Assembly (NCBI GenBank): GCA_001600815.1
Contig: BCKZ01000025.1
Location: forward strand, 124,001-188,000
DNA length: 64,000 nucleotides
From: Alloascoidea hylecoeti
Taxonomy: Eukaryota
Direction of reading: 5' to 3'
Of the stretch, positions 45,955 to 58,644 are shown piece after piece. The position numbers and the translations under genes are program-made. Within the stretch, counting starts at the first letter, position 1. Every line of letters begins with the position of its first letter. The notes beneath the pieces were generated by a model that did no database searches, was not told the origin of the DNA, and saw nothing but the letters and a program-made list of their open reading frames with translations.

Positions 45955-47220
45955 CTTTCAGGGTCACATGTACATGTATACTCTAAAATCATCTCATCAA
46001 CCCGCTCACGAAAACGCTCTATAATAGTGGCAACAGCCATTTTCACACAAAATTAAAAGTGGATGGAAGGCTTCAATTTTGGTGGGAGTGGTAACTTACC
46101 GTGGAAGTAATCGTGAAGAGTCGATATTGAGAAACCAATTTTGTTGACAACTTTCAGATACGACTGCTTTGCGTGTTTTACATATCCGAGAATATGAGGT
46201 TGTACTTATAGTCTTCGTTATTCACCAAATTCCTTATACGTGCTATTTTAAATTCTGGTGAGGATTTAGTGGTTGATTAAAAAATGGAACCTTTGATTTG
46301 CGGAGATTTAAGAAATTATTTTGTATTTTTGGGTGGAATTTATGGTGATTTCGAAGCGATTGAAATTTGGTTGTCCAGAAGTTATGTTAGTATCTATATC
46401 TTCTCAATTCTTATACTACACTACGATAAGCGCTGTGAAAAAATATTCACAGTATTCCTTGGTTCTAGTATCATATAATATCAACATGACAGCTTCCAAC
46501 TAATCATGGCATAATGAAAAATTGTGGTTTATGGATGGATTTACAGACCTCGATGCGCTAATTATAAGTCTACTAGTAGTGCTCGGTTAGAGATCGAGTT
46601 TTTGTATTGAAACCGGAAAAATAGTCGGCAGAAGCTCGGAATGAGTTCGAGGAATTTTGGGTTGTTCTCGGCTTGACCTCGCCAATTTTATTTTTCTTCT
46701 TACTGTATTTTCTTTTTTTTTGTTTTAATTGTTGTGATTCTTGTCGACCCAGGCTCGATAGGCGTATAAGTTACTATGAATTGTAGTGCTCGGCAATGCG
46801 GGGCCTAGCACGTATTATGTAGTATGTATGTAGTACACAGTATTATTAGTACCACCAATACGCAACATCCTATTTGTTGTAACTTACGCTTTCGTGTTGC
46901 TGAAATTGCTGTTTTCGAGAACCTTTAGGTAAAGACCATAGTATGTAGCTTAAATATAATGCTTTAAATTTCAATTAAAGAGTTATATAATGTGTTTTAC
47001 AAATAAAAAATTCAATAATTTACCTAAAAGATTCACCATCTTTCTGCCCTTCCATAAGCTTTATAGAGATGTTAGACACTACGTTTAGGATTAATTTCTT
47101 GTTCCTCTAGTGTTGATTGATTGCTTTCATGTTCTGCGCTACCTGAATCTTAATTATTAAGTTAACTTTGTTGTTATTTCAGCTCTAATAACCTTATTCT
47201 CACACATTTTATTTTCCATA

Positions 47221-48760
47221 TTGGAGATTATTGAATCAAAATTTAAACGCTTTGGAAAAAATGTTGGTCACTTATACGAAATGGATATGAAGAAGTTTTT
47301 TGGGTATCTCAGCAAAGGGGAAAATTTAAGACAATTGATGACGCTTGGGGAAAACCGTATAATCTTCGATAGTAGTCCAGTTATATTAAGAAACCTTTTA
47401 TTCAACATTGATGGCGGGTTTAATTCAAAAGGGTCTTCAAGATACATACGTGAGATTACTTTAATCTTATTCTTTTTATTCCTAAAGAGGAGCTGGCTTG
47501 AAAAGTACAATGGCTAGGGGATATATTGTTGCAAATTGACGACCCTGAAGATATTAAACTATGAAGGCATTTAATGAGACTTCTGGATGTCAAATTAATT
47601 AATTAAAACTGAACTTCGGGAAATTGATGTTTCCCGTTTTTTGTGTGCGAAGTTATTTGAACCAGCCATTAAAATTTATAATTCATTAACTGGATCTTGG
47701 AATTTAGAACTACAAGGAAAAAGAACTGGTCAACTCCGTAGAGTTAGAGGAAGAGATGTAGATTTAATAACAATATCAAATTATGTTGTGATCTTTAAGG
47801 AAAAAATTTTGATTACCACAGAGGTGAAAAAACCAATGTTGTCAGCTATGGTGGATAACATCATCAATAAGTTTCTACCGAACCTTGATTTTGAAAAAAA
47901 GGTGAATGAAGTCATTCACCAACGTTTAACACTAGGGACATTTTGCATTCTCACTGATGGTTCTATAATATTTTGTATTGAATTTATATACATGAAGAAA
48001 ATGAAGAATATTATATTATCTAAACTACTTTGATGAAGATAAAAATCCTTTTAAGATATCAAAAATTAAATATCATATTATGAGAGACACAGATCAACAA
48101 GTATTATTTCACGCTTTTTATAAAAAAAGCTATTGATTTTTTAAGTCTCACACTAGAGAAAAAATGGAAAGAGAAATGAAAATACTTACAGACACTCTCT
48201 TTATGTAAGACTGAAAGAGAATTTATTGAAGTGGAAGATAAATCTAGATGTGATATAAAGGAATTTTTCACCCAATCAGATATGTACGAACGATGGTTCG
48301 GAAGAGGCAAGTTTCAAATGGATCTACAAATAACGTTTAATTCAATACCAGAAGAAGATCCGCTTCAATATCCAGGGTCTGGAGCTTCTTACCTTTCACA
48401 GGTTTTACGATTTGGAAAAGAAACATTTTCCAAAGCCACTGACGGAAAAGTTCAATGCTTTTGACCTCACAGAGGGAGTAAATTGTATTGTTCTGATTGT
48501 ATGCATATTGATCCTTTGAGATTACATGTACACAAAAACTCACGACGTCAAAGCATCAATATGTAAATGTAATCCTATTTCTTGTACGGGCCGCAAAATC
48601 TGGAGGCATACATATAAAAGTTAAGAAATAAGGTATAATAATTTGGCAGAAAAGTGTAAAATTAATTTGAAACCACATGATTTAGATTTGCTAATTATCT
48701 AACTACCTTTTGTCGTCCTTAATATAATGGAAGTGATCTTGGTGATGTGGTTACTCTTTC
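47221..48760 (+). pseudogene. Decayed ORF with a putative PD-(D/E)xK nuclease domain, possibly followed by a kinase-like domain
   Basis: Collinear ORF fragments 47221-47517, 47641-48033 and 48231-48464; motifs ISNYVVIFKEKILITTEVKKP, HQ and CILTDG. Confidence 0.45.
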
Positions 48761-49403
48761 CGCGAGTGAGATGAAACTTTTTGTATATTTGCAATTACCT
48801 AAAATCTGTAAGTGGTACCGTATTTAACTTCTTGTGGTTCACCTTATGTTATTTTATGAATATAAGGTCTTCTAATTGTAGCTTTAAAATTCATTTTAAA
48901 ATAAAAAGGGAATATACTAGAATTGATAAATTTAAAAAGAACATAGTACTTGACATACCAGAAAAAAAAACACGACTACATGTATATGACATACCAATAT
49001 TTGAGATTAGTGCAGAAAAAACAGAATCTATCTATGTGCCTTAATACCCTTTATCTGTGAATTCCTATTAAGATATCTATTTCGACTTATCAACTCATTT
49101 AGGTGGCTTTTGTAAAGATTTCATATCAATCCCCAGCCCATTGTAACACCATAAACCATTATTTTACAGAATTTTAAACGGAGTATCTAGTAATAATTGA
49201 AATTTATGTGTTCTATTCAAGTGCAATTGGTTCAAAATGTTTAGGATCCATCATAACCTCTCTGATCCTTGATTCAAGATACTTATAATTATTTCCATTT
49301 TCACATACAAATATTTAGTAGTATATTCAAACCTATTTACCACTCCAGACTGAATAGAAGCCAACCCCTATATATAAGTATACCGGTATAACAAAATAAA
49401 TAT

Positions 49404-50562
49404 TTAATCAGAACCATCTTGTTGTAAACTATTTAATAAATCTAATGCGATTAATAATTCCTTTTTAGCAGTTTTAATATCTTCATAATTTAATGCAGAT
49501 ATTGCAAATTTGGCATGTTTTTGACAATTTGTGAAAACTTCTGTTTCATCAATAATTTTTTGAACATCAATTTTTGGTTCTTGATGATGACTATGATGAT
49601 GTAATACTTTAATAGATGGTTTTGGTGACGGTAATTCTTCTTCACTTTCACTTTCATTAAAAGAAAGATCATTTATGGTTGGAACTATAGGAGGTGGTGG
49701 GAGCGAAGGACTTGAAATTGGTGATGGTGATGGTGATGGTGATGATGGTGCTTTGGGAAATTCATCTTTATGGGAATGTGAAGGTATAGGTGATCCTGAA
49801 CTTGGAGGATTTGAAGGAGCAGGTTTGAATCCATATTCATCAACTTCATCATCAGAAATATCCGTAATTACAACTTTTTTAACTTCTTTATCATGTTGAT
49901 TATCATCATTTACTTCAGTTGCAGATGTATATGTTTTTAACTCCTCTTCTTCATTTTCTTCTTCTTTAACTAAATCTTCAGGTTCATAATCATTTGGATC
50001 GCCTCCTTCTTTATAAGTCTTTAAGATTCTTGCTGCATGATATTTCGAATACTTTATCTTTTCTAAAACATCTTCATCTAATTGTGGATTAAATACTTTT
50101 AAAACTTCAAAAAATACAGATGCTGCAATGAAAGCACTTGCCGTTTGTCTAATAAAAATCTAATTGTTAGTAATTGATATCCATAAATCCAATTGTTTAC
50201 TTAAAATACACATACCTTGTTGTTTTCTTAATATGAACCTGATGATCAGCATTTGAGAATACTTTTGTAGCAAAAGACTCAACATATGCCTGTGCAGCAA
50301 TTTCATCCCCTACAATCTCCCTTGCATCTTCACTAACAAGACCTGGGTTTGATGTTTTCATAGTCTCGATATCATCTAATAAATGTGTTGCATAGTCTGC
50401 TACTTGTGGATCTGAATGGTGAAGTCCTGTACTTAAAATCTGTTGAATAGCATAATATTTACAGTAATATGATATTATCGGCTCGGCTTTTTCCAATTCA
50501 TGAGCTCTTAGTATAGGAGCCTGTACTTTCTTCTTTATTGAAGGTGGAATTTCAACAGCCAT
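49404..50562 (-). CDS. VTA1: ESCRT/Vps4 cofactor Vta1; exons 50562-50216, 50148-49404
   Basis: MIT region RAHELEKAEPIISYYCKYYA, Pro-rich linker and VSL domain QKHAKFAISALNYEDIKTA. Confidence 0.93.
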
Positions 50563-50691
50563 TGTTTTTTTAAACTATCTCCACTTCTGATGGTTTAACA
50601 GATCTGATCATGATCAAAAGTGACGTACTTTAGAGACCAGACTGAAATATACGCATTGGCCATTTACAGTAAAAATTAAAACACGTTCCCA

Positions 50692-50697
50692 ACGCGT
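50692..50697. promoter_or_regulatory. MCB-like ACGCGT upstream of SWI6
   Basis: Exact match about 37 bp before the ATG. Confidence 0.4.
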
Positions 50698-50733
50698 CTT
50701 TTTCGATTTTTCTCCCAAAACCTCTTCAACCAA

Positions 50734-53339
50734 ATGTCGTCGAGTCAACTTCAACAGAATATCCCGGATCTTGTTCCTCAGCACACTCAATCTTCTGGAA
50801 ATTTATCAACTCAAAATGCTAACAAAAATGAGATTGTAGATATTACTCCTAAGGTCGAGAATGGATCGGAATCTGGGATTATTATTCGAGGCCTAACTCC
50901 AGGAGGTAACAGCGGTATACTAAATGGTGGTGCTGTGTTGGAAAGACAATTATCAACTGCCACTCTTCCAGATGTTAAACAGCACTCGTTTATTGCGTTA
51001 GGACGTGAAGATACAAATTCATTCAATTATCGACGTACACCTTCTTTTTATGCGAGGAATAATGATATTAGTGATATCTATACTGTAAGTATAAATAATT
51101 GATATTTTTACCAGTTATCATCAATTCACCTCTAATATAATATTCTGAATAGGCTAAATACTCCGATGTTGAAGTTATCGAAATGACCGTTAATGGAATA
51201 TCTATTATGCGTCGAACTCGAGATTCATTTTTAAATGCTACCCAAATCTTAAAACTCGCTGGTATTGATAAAGCAAGACGAACAAAAATCATTGAAAAGG
51301 AAATCTTATCAGGAGATAATGAAAAGGTTCAAGGTGGATATGGTAAATATCAGGGAACTTGGGTACCATATGATAGAGCATTGAAACTTTGTCATGAATA
51401 TGAAGTTTATGAATTATTATCATCATTATTACTTTATGATATTTCAAAAATTAATCCTACTCCAACAAAAGAACAGGCAATGGCTGCAAAAAGGAAAAGA
51501 TTAAATGATAGCCAGAGTCAAAATGAAATTGGTGGTGGTGTTTATGAATCTCAATATAATTCTTTAAATTCAAATACAAATACAAATACAACATCGATTT
51601 CTACTTTGAACAGCCCAACAAATGATAAAAATCCTACAGATTCTAATGCTACCGGTAGTAACAAACGAAGAGCATCAAATTCGATTGTAGAAGATGATGC
51701 ACAAGCAGCAGCTATCGCAGCGAACATTAAAAAAAGAAAGTTTGCTTCTTCACCAAAAGAAGATTCTCTCCCAGCTCTAGAAATATATGAGCATGATTTA
51801 GATAATCCAAATGCTCCATATGGCATGCCACCACTTGAAAGAAGTTCAATTCCAGAATACGATGAATCAAATGAAATGATTACTCAAATCTTTTTAGGTA
51901 ATCCTGGTAGTACATTATTAGAAATTTTTGGTAATGAAGAAAGTTTCAAAAATATTAATTTAAATATACCAATTGATGATTCTTGTCACACTGCTTTACA
52001 TTGGGCTGCCGCTTTAGCTCGTCTATCATTAGTTAAAGATCTAATTAAACATGATTGTAATCGATTACGAGTCAATAATAATGGAGAAACTCCTTTAATC
52101 AAAGCAGTTTTAGTTACTAATAATTATGACAGAAACTGCTTCCCTGAATTACTTGACTTATTATATCCTTGTATTACGATCTTCGATAGACAAGGACGAA
52201 CTTTATTACATCATATTGCTTTAACTGCTGGAATTCGTGGAAGGAGTGCTGCCAGTCGGTATTACTTAGAATGTTTATTAGAATGGATTGTTCGTCGTGG
52301 ATCCAGTTTGAAAAAAAATCCAATTGGAATAGGTAGATTTATGGCTGAAATGGTTAATGCTCAAGATCGAAATGGTGATACTTGTTTAAATATTGCTGCT
52401 AGAATTGGTAACAAAGCAATTGCTCAACAGCTATTAGATGTTGGTGCCGATCCAACCATTCCAAACCGCGCAGGCTTGAAACCTGTAGATTTTGGCATTG
52501 TGTTAATTTCAGGTACAGATTCCGGTGTGCCTGTGGCTCCAAGAGGTACTGAAACTGTGAAAAATATTTCTAGAGATGATAAGACTGCTATTACAACAAG
52601 TGCTCCCACTACTGCTGGTGGATCAAATCTCCATTTCAATAATGGTAGCGTCTCCCCTGGAAGTTCGACGGAACAAAAAAGCAAAGATATAATGGCTTCG
52701 ATAAGTGGTTTATTAAGTTCTCTAAACCGAGATTTTGAAGAAGAAATTCAACTTAAACAAAATTCTATTGATAATGTTCATAGTCAAGTACGAGATTCAT
52801 CACTTAGATTATCTGAAACTCGACAAAAATTAGATAATTTAAGATCTTCTTCAAGTAGATTAACAGAATTAAATCAACGAAGTCAAAATCTAGAAAAGGC
52901 AATTGCACTTGAAGATGAAAGATTTCAAAAAAAGAAAAAAACTGGTACTGAATATAACGGTGTTTATGATCCAGATGATCCATTTCGTGTTTATCCAGTT
53001 GTAAAGTTGTTACAAGAAGGTAAAACAGAAGAAGAAATCTTGCAAAATCCTTCTTTAGTACCTGCTGATGATCTACCACCTATTGCAATTCTTAAAGCAA
53101 GAATTAATGCCTATAAAGAAAATCAAGAAAGTTTTAAATCATTAGCTTCTGAACTAAAGAATAAATCCCGTGATTTAGAAAATAAATTTAGGCGAGTTGT
53201 TTCTTTATGTACTGGTGTTACAGATGATGGTGTTGATGGTTTATTAGAAGGATTGGTGCAAGCTGTTGAAAGTGATCGAGAACAGGTTAATATTAACAGA
53301 GTATCTACTTTTTTACGGAAAGTAGATGAAAGCTTATGA
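50734..53339 (+). CDS. SWI6: Swi6/Cdc10 subunit of MBF/SBF (APSES domain plus ankyrin repeats); exons 50734-51084, 51153-53339
   Basis: IYT|AKYSDVEVIEM..LNATQILK..EKVQGGYGKYQGTW; ankyrin HTALHWAA and GDTCLNIAAR; Swi6-type RYYLECLLEWIV and FRRVVSLCTG. Confidence 0.88.
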
Positions 53340-53758
53340 AACAATTAATAAGGGATTTTAATGACGGACATATTGGTACACTTTTAACGCTATTAGTATG
53401 ATAATTTTTTTTTTCTTCACTTCAGGTTTTGTTTATCATTATATTATATTATGATTTTTTTTTTTTTTATGTGTAATAATAATTGGTTAATAATATATTA
53501 GGAATAAGTAAATAATCAAACTTTTGTCAAATCACAATGGTCATATAAACCATAATGTATTGAAAATGATAAGAAATAATAAAATAGAATAAAATAAAAT
53601 AACTGTCACTGTCACTGTCCATAAAGCAAAAAATGCTTAACAAAAAACAATATTGCGAATTAAAAACACAGTCAATTATAGCAAAATGCAAGAACACTAA
53701 TAATACTAACACCACAAAAATATAAACATACAATTACTAACACTGTTGTAAGTTAAAA

Positions 53759-56700
53759 CTATAACATCATACCCATTAATTTATCCCTTTGACTTTTCGC
53801 AGACGCTTTCTTCCCTGGACCAACTTTACGAGGTGGTCCTGAAACTCCAGCCATATTATCTAAAGCTGAGGGTTTATGTACTGCTGGTGAAGCCCTAGGC
53901 TGATGATTTACAGGAGCTGGTGAAGTATAAGCTCCACCAGGAGGAGGCCTTCTCTTGGGAGTTTCATGCGCAGGGCCGTATTGAGCTTGTGATGGTGATG
54001 GTCCTTGTCTTGATTGGACTGGAGCTGGAGGTTGAGCACCAGGATTGTAACCTTGACCCGATCTCCGTCTATTATGACTTTTTGGGCTTTGATGTTGATA
54101 ACGGCCAGAACGTTGTTTTTGTTGTGTTTGTTGAGGTTGTTGGGGTTGACCTGAATATTCTCCTGGTGGTGGTTTTCTCAAAGGCTTCTTGTGCTGATGC
54201 CCAACATTATCTGGCGGCATTGACTGTTGTGGAGTGGATGAATATTGTTGAGGTTGATTTTCATAAGACGGGGCTTGAAAATCATAACCCTGTGAATCAT
54301 AATATGGATCTTGTGGTTGAACTTTCTGTTGTTCATCATATCCATGTGAGTTTTGATGTGTTCCTAAAGGAGTAACTTGATTATTATTGTAACCATGTTG
54401 TTGGTTATATGGATCGACATTAGAATTTGTTCCTTGTCGCTGCTGAGAATAATCCAAATCAGATTGATATTGTGGCTGTTTCACATCATAGTTATCATAA
54501 CGATTGGGTGCTGTTGAAGTTTGATAAGTCCTTGGCGTTGCTTGTTGGTTTTCATAATTTGTATTATCAACACCATTCGATGGGTTTTGATAAGACTTTT
54601 GTTGAACCTGAGCCTGAGCCGACTGTGAGTACCCATTATTTCCATAATATTCATCTTGATGATATTCATTAGGTGCTTCCACTGGCGATCTTCTTAGATC
54701 TTTATCTGGATAGCCCATTTGATGGGTTGCAACTGGTTGGGAAACGCCATATTCATTCACCCTTGGTACTTGTGAAGAAGTATTATACGACTGACTATAT
54801 GATCCATTTCTACCACTCTGATTATATGCATTAGGATTTCCCATTTGTTGAGTTGTAGTCTTTCCAAAACTATTAGTACTTGAACTAGCATATGGATTAT
54901 CACTACCATAAGGGTTCATTTCAGATTCCATGGCATATTGTTGGGAACTAGAGTATTGTTCATGGCCATAAGGATGATTGACGGCAAAGTTTGGCCCATT
55001 GCTAACTGGGGTTTCAACATTATAACCAGATAAATTTGATGCTTGATGCTGAGAAGGTGGATAAACACTTGATGGAGGTTGTGTTAATGATGTTTCAGAT
55101 TCCTGATATTGAGCATTTCGATAAGGTCCAACCGGTGCGGAATTGTAATCAAAATCAGTTTGCAATTGAGTTGGAATTGGTTTAGGACCAAGAATTTTTC
55201 TTGTTGGACTTCCAATTGGTTGATTTCTTCGATCATATGCAGCTTCATTACTATTGACTGTACTTGAACTAGAGTAGCTTATAGGATTATATTGAGTACC
55301 TGACCCATTTACTTTATTTCCATCTACATCATATGGTGTTCTTTGAATTTTGTTGGAGTCATCAGGGATAGGAATTGGTTTATCACTGCCACCATACTCC
55401 GAATAAATAAATGTAGGAGAAAATATATCGTCGGTTTCAACTACTTTAGGTTCAGATGATATATCTCGCCTAATATCCTTTCCAGGTCTTTCAAATAATT
55501 TAGAATTCCCATTAATATTCAAATCACCCATTGATTTTGATAGAGAATCATCTTGAAATCCAGGTGGGGGTCCAGGGGGTGGGCCATATGGATCATTCTG
55601 ATCATAATTCATCGATCTTCCATCTAAATTTCTATCTTCATTATTACGATATGCATCTGATATAGATCCATCATACTCCATTGGTTGATAGTTAGAACCA
55701 TCACCAGGGCTTCTATCATAACTCATATATATTTCAGTTAGCATAGACACTGGATGATTTTTCCTACCATTAATTGGTCCATCGGCAGACAATTGCATAT
55801 GATCAGGTTGTAGTTGTTCTGACTGTTGTAAAGGGACACGATTTGGAGATCGTGGGGGTGGCCCTCCATATTGTGAAGATTCTGGTATGGCTTGTCGCGA
55901 CAAATCTTCTGGGCCTTGTCTAGAGGTCACTCCTCCTCCCATATATCCTACTGCATCTCTTCCCATACCTGGCATCATTCCGGATATAGGAGGTGGTCCT
56001 CCATATTGTGAAGATCCTGATATTGGTATGGCTTGTCGTGTTATATTATCTGGGCCTCGTCTTGAGGCCATTCCTCCCATAGCTCCCATAGCTCCCATAG
56101 CTCCTACAGCAGCTCCTACCCCAGCTCCTGCTACATTCCTTCCCATACTTGGCGTCATCCCGGATGCAGCACCATGAGAAATTGCACCAGCAGCTACTGC
56201 TGTCATTGCTCCTGAGACTCCTGTAGAAATACCCTTTGATACACCCGAATTTATTCCATTTACTATACCTGGGGTCCCTGGTGGACCCATAGGTCTATTC
56301 ATTCCACCTGGTTGACCACCATTTCTTTGCATATTATTTTGACCACCCATATTCACAGGTTGAGTAATAGGGTTCATTGGTGATCTAGTTCCATATGGAG
56401 ATTTAGGACCATTAGTATTTACAGGAGTTTGTATCGATGCTAAAGCTGCCAATGGTGATCTTAAATTAGCATTGTGTCCTGTCGGTTGTGATCCCATTTG
56501 TGTTTGAATTGGAGGTAAATTCTGAGATGAGTATGGTTTGTTATTAACGCTTAAATCCGCGCTGATGCTAGTTGCATTGGATCCCGAACTTGACCGATCT
56601 TTTGAACTTACAGTTGAAGGTGGTGAAAGTAATTGTGATTCTTGGATATCCATATGGAAAGCAGAATGTGCATTTTTATGTTCTGTTTTTATATTACCAC

Positions 56701-57892
56701 AGCCTTCCCATCCTGAATCCATTTTTCTTGAAAGAATATCTTTTATTTTGATTTGCCAATCCATTGGAGTCCAATCAATACCAGCAGTAGAAGCACACAT
56801 TAGTTTAATATCACTTATTTCTAAATAATAACATTTTGGTAAAACAGGTAAACCAAATAATAATGATTCCATATCTCTTTTATCTGCTTTTAACCTTGAA
56901 GGACGACCATATAAATGAAATACGTCGAGCATGGGTATTAAAAAACGTATTAATGTTTCATACCCAGTTACAGCTGGATGTGGTTCGGGCATTAAAAAAA
57001 CTGAAGTTGTTTTGACGGGTTCGGCTGAATTTGGGAAAGCAATAGTGCCATCTAATTTTATAATTGTTGAACTATCGATTAAAACTGGTGCTTGTGGATA
57101 GACGGCATAAGCAGCAGTTGAAGCCTGAATTGCCATTAATATCTGTTTTTTATTTTTCTTCTCATTATCATATAATTCCATAAAACCTTTCGATCTCTTT
57201 TTTCCTTTACCTTCCGGTGGGTGAATTACGGCATAGCATCTTTTCCATGGCATACCGGAACCAAATCTAACACTACACCATTCTTCTTTTTTGAATTTAG
57301 TTTCTGCCAATAATACTTTGATATCACCTAATTGTGAGCCTTTTGCAGATAATAAGGAAGCAGTGTAAGCTTCTTGTAGTTGTGTGTATTCAAAAGTTGA
57401 TAATCTAAATGCGGCATTCCAAGTATTGTAAATTTCGTCATTGCCATATTGTAATAAATATCTATTTTTTAAAGTTGTTGAAACAATTATTGTATTTTTT
57501 AAATCACCTTGTGGTGACGGAACAGATTTCATGGCCTGAAAAGATGAATCAATAAAGTTAATATAAGTGGGTTTTAAGGTACCAACATTAACATTACCGT
57601 TACCATCGTCTTTGACCAAGTCTGCATCATAGATAGCAAGCTGGGTTCCTATTAACATTCCATATTTCTCTTTCCAACTTCTCTCTGATGATTTACCACC
57701 GGATGTTATGTCACATAAAAACATAAAATAACCAGCGAAATAACGACGACGGGAATTTGCAGTTAATAATCTAACAATAGGTATTAGTTCTGGATCAACA
57801 TTATTTGTTATTGTAGCAGATGATTTATTTGAGGTGTTATGACTCGTCAAAGACGCTCCTGAAGGAGAGGTCTTGTGTGAAAATAGGCCCAT
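53759..57892 (-). CDS. Caf120/Skg3-family PH-like domain protein with a long low-complexity C-terminus
   Basis: ELIPIVRLL, STTLKNRYL, LQEAYTASLLS, VRFGSGMPWKRCYAVI and FHLYGRP motifs. Confidence 0.85.
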   Translation of the reverse strand: MGLFSHKTSPSGASLTSHNTSNKSSATITNNVDPELIPIVRLLTANSRRRYFAGYFMFLCDITSGGKSSERSWKEKYGMLIGTQLAIYDADLVKDDGNGNVNVGTLKPTYINFIDSSFQAMKSVPSPQGDLKNTIIVSTTLKNRYLLQYGNDEIYNTWNAAFRLSTFEYTQLQEAYTASLLSAKGSQLGDIKVLLAETKFKKEEWCSVRFGSGMPWKRCYAVIHPPEGKGKKRSKGFMELYDNEKKNKKQILMAIQASTAAYAVYPQAPVLIDSSTIIKLDGTIAFPNSAEPVKTTSVFLMPEPHPAVTGYETLIRFLIPMLDVFHLYGRPSRLKADKRDMESLLFGLPVLPKCYYLEISDIKLMCASTAGIDWTPMDWQIKIKDILSRKMDSGWEGCGNIKTEHKNAHSAFHMDIQESQLLSPPSTVSSKDRSSSGSNATSISADLSVNNKPYSSQNLPPIQTQMGSQPTGHNANLRSPLAALASIQTPVNTNGPKSPYGTRSPMNPITQPVNMGGQNNMQRNGGQPGGMNRPMGPPGTPGIVNGINSGVSKGISTGVSGAMTAVAAGAISHGAASGMTPSMGRNVAGAGVGAAVGAMGAMGAMGGMASRRGPDNITRQAIPISGSSQYGGPPPISGMMPGMGRDAVGYMGGGVTSRQGPEDLSRQAIPESSQYGGPPPRSPNRVPLQQSEQLQPDHMQLSADGPINGRKNHPVSMLTEIYMSYDRSPGDGSNYQPMEYDGSISDAYRNNEDRNLDGRSMNYDQNDPYGPPPGPPPGFQDDSLSKSMGDLNINGNSKLFERPGKDIRRDISSEPKVVETDDIFSPTFIYSEYGGSDKPIPIPDDSNKIQRTPYDVDGNKVNGSGTQYNPISYSSSSTVNSNEAAYDRRNQPIGSPTRKILGPKPIPTQLQTDFDYNSAPVGPYRNAQYQESETSLTQPPSSVYPPSQHQASNLSGYNVETPVSNGPNFAVNHPYGHEQYSSSQQYAMESEMNPYGSDNPYASSSTNSFGKTTTQQMGNPNAYNQSGRNGSYSQSYNTSSQVPRVNEYGVSQPVATHQMGYPDKDLRRSPVEAPNEYHQDEYYGNNGYSQSAQAQVQQKSYQNPSNGVDNTNYENQQATPRTYQTSTAPNRYDNYDVKQPQYQSDLDYSQQRQGTNSNVDPYNQQHGYNNNQVTPLGTHQNSHGYDEQQKVQPQDPYYDSQGYDFQAPSYENQPQQYSSTPQQSMPPDNVGHQHKKPLRKPPPGEYSGQPQQPQQTQQKQRSGRYQHQSPKSHNRRRSGQGYNPGAQPPAPVQSRQGPSPSQAQYGPAHETPKRRPPPGGAYTSPAPVNHQPRASPAVHKPSALDNMAGVSGPPRKVGPGKKASAKSQRDKLMGMML

Positions 57893-58644
57893 GACTGGGA
57901 ATATAAAGCAGATCTATAAAAAAATACAATAAAGTGAAGAAGTGAAGGAAAGTGGAGAGGTGAAAAGAAAGAAGGGAGGTTTATTTTAGCTTAACTTGGT
58001 GGCTTAATGGGAGGCGCATATAGACAAGCTAAATAGAACCGTGTTGTACCTCCATACACAGAGAGATGAGCCTCAACATTTAGGTTTATAACCATCTTCC
58101 ATCGGGTCATTTTTAGTATTCATCCGTCTATTCACATTTCGTGGTGATGGCTGGGTCTTTTGGACTCTCGCCGAAAGCCTTCTAAGTTCCGTCTGTCATG
58201 TTGAAAGGAGTAAGTTAGACACTTCTAAGACAGTTCTAAATATGGAATGATTACATAGTAAAATATGAAATCCGAAATCTAATTAATAATTATGATTCAA
58301 ATGGAATACAAGACAATTGAGGTGATAGCAATAATTAATTATGAATGGCTGGTAATCGCACTTGTAATCTAGATTGAGATCTTGGCAAAATCTTCGAATT
58401 TACCAGCCTTTTTCTTCAGATCGCAAATGTGATATAATATTCGGTTTAGTCGTGAAGCTTTCAAATAATTACAATGACGAGGTAGGAAACTTGATGTGTA
58501 GTATTAGTTAATTATTAATTATATTAGTGTGACAGACACAATGAAAAGTTCTACTTAATTCACAAATAAATATTAGGATAAGCCAGCTGAAAAGGGTTTA
58601 GTTCTAGAAATAACGTAAATGTATGATCCTTATGATTAATAGTT

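Noticed and set aside
35469..57892. Caf40-like and Caf120-like genes as a CCR4-NOT gene cluster
   Set aside because: They are 17 kb apart with unrelated genes between; nothing supports more than coincidence.
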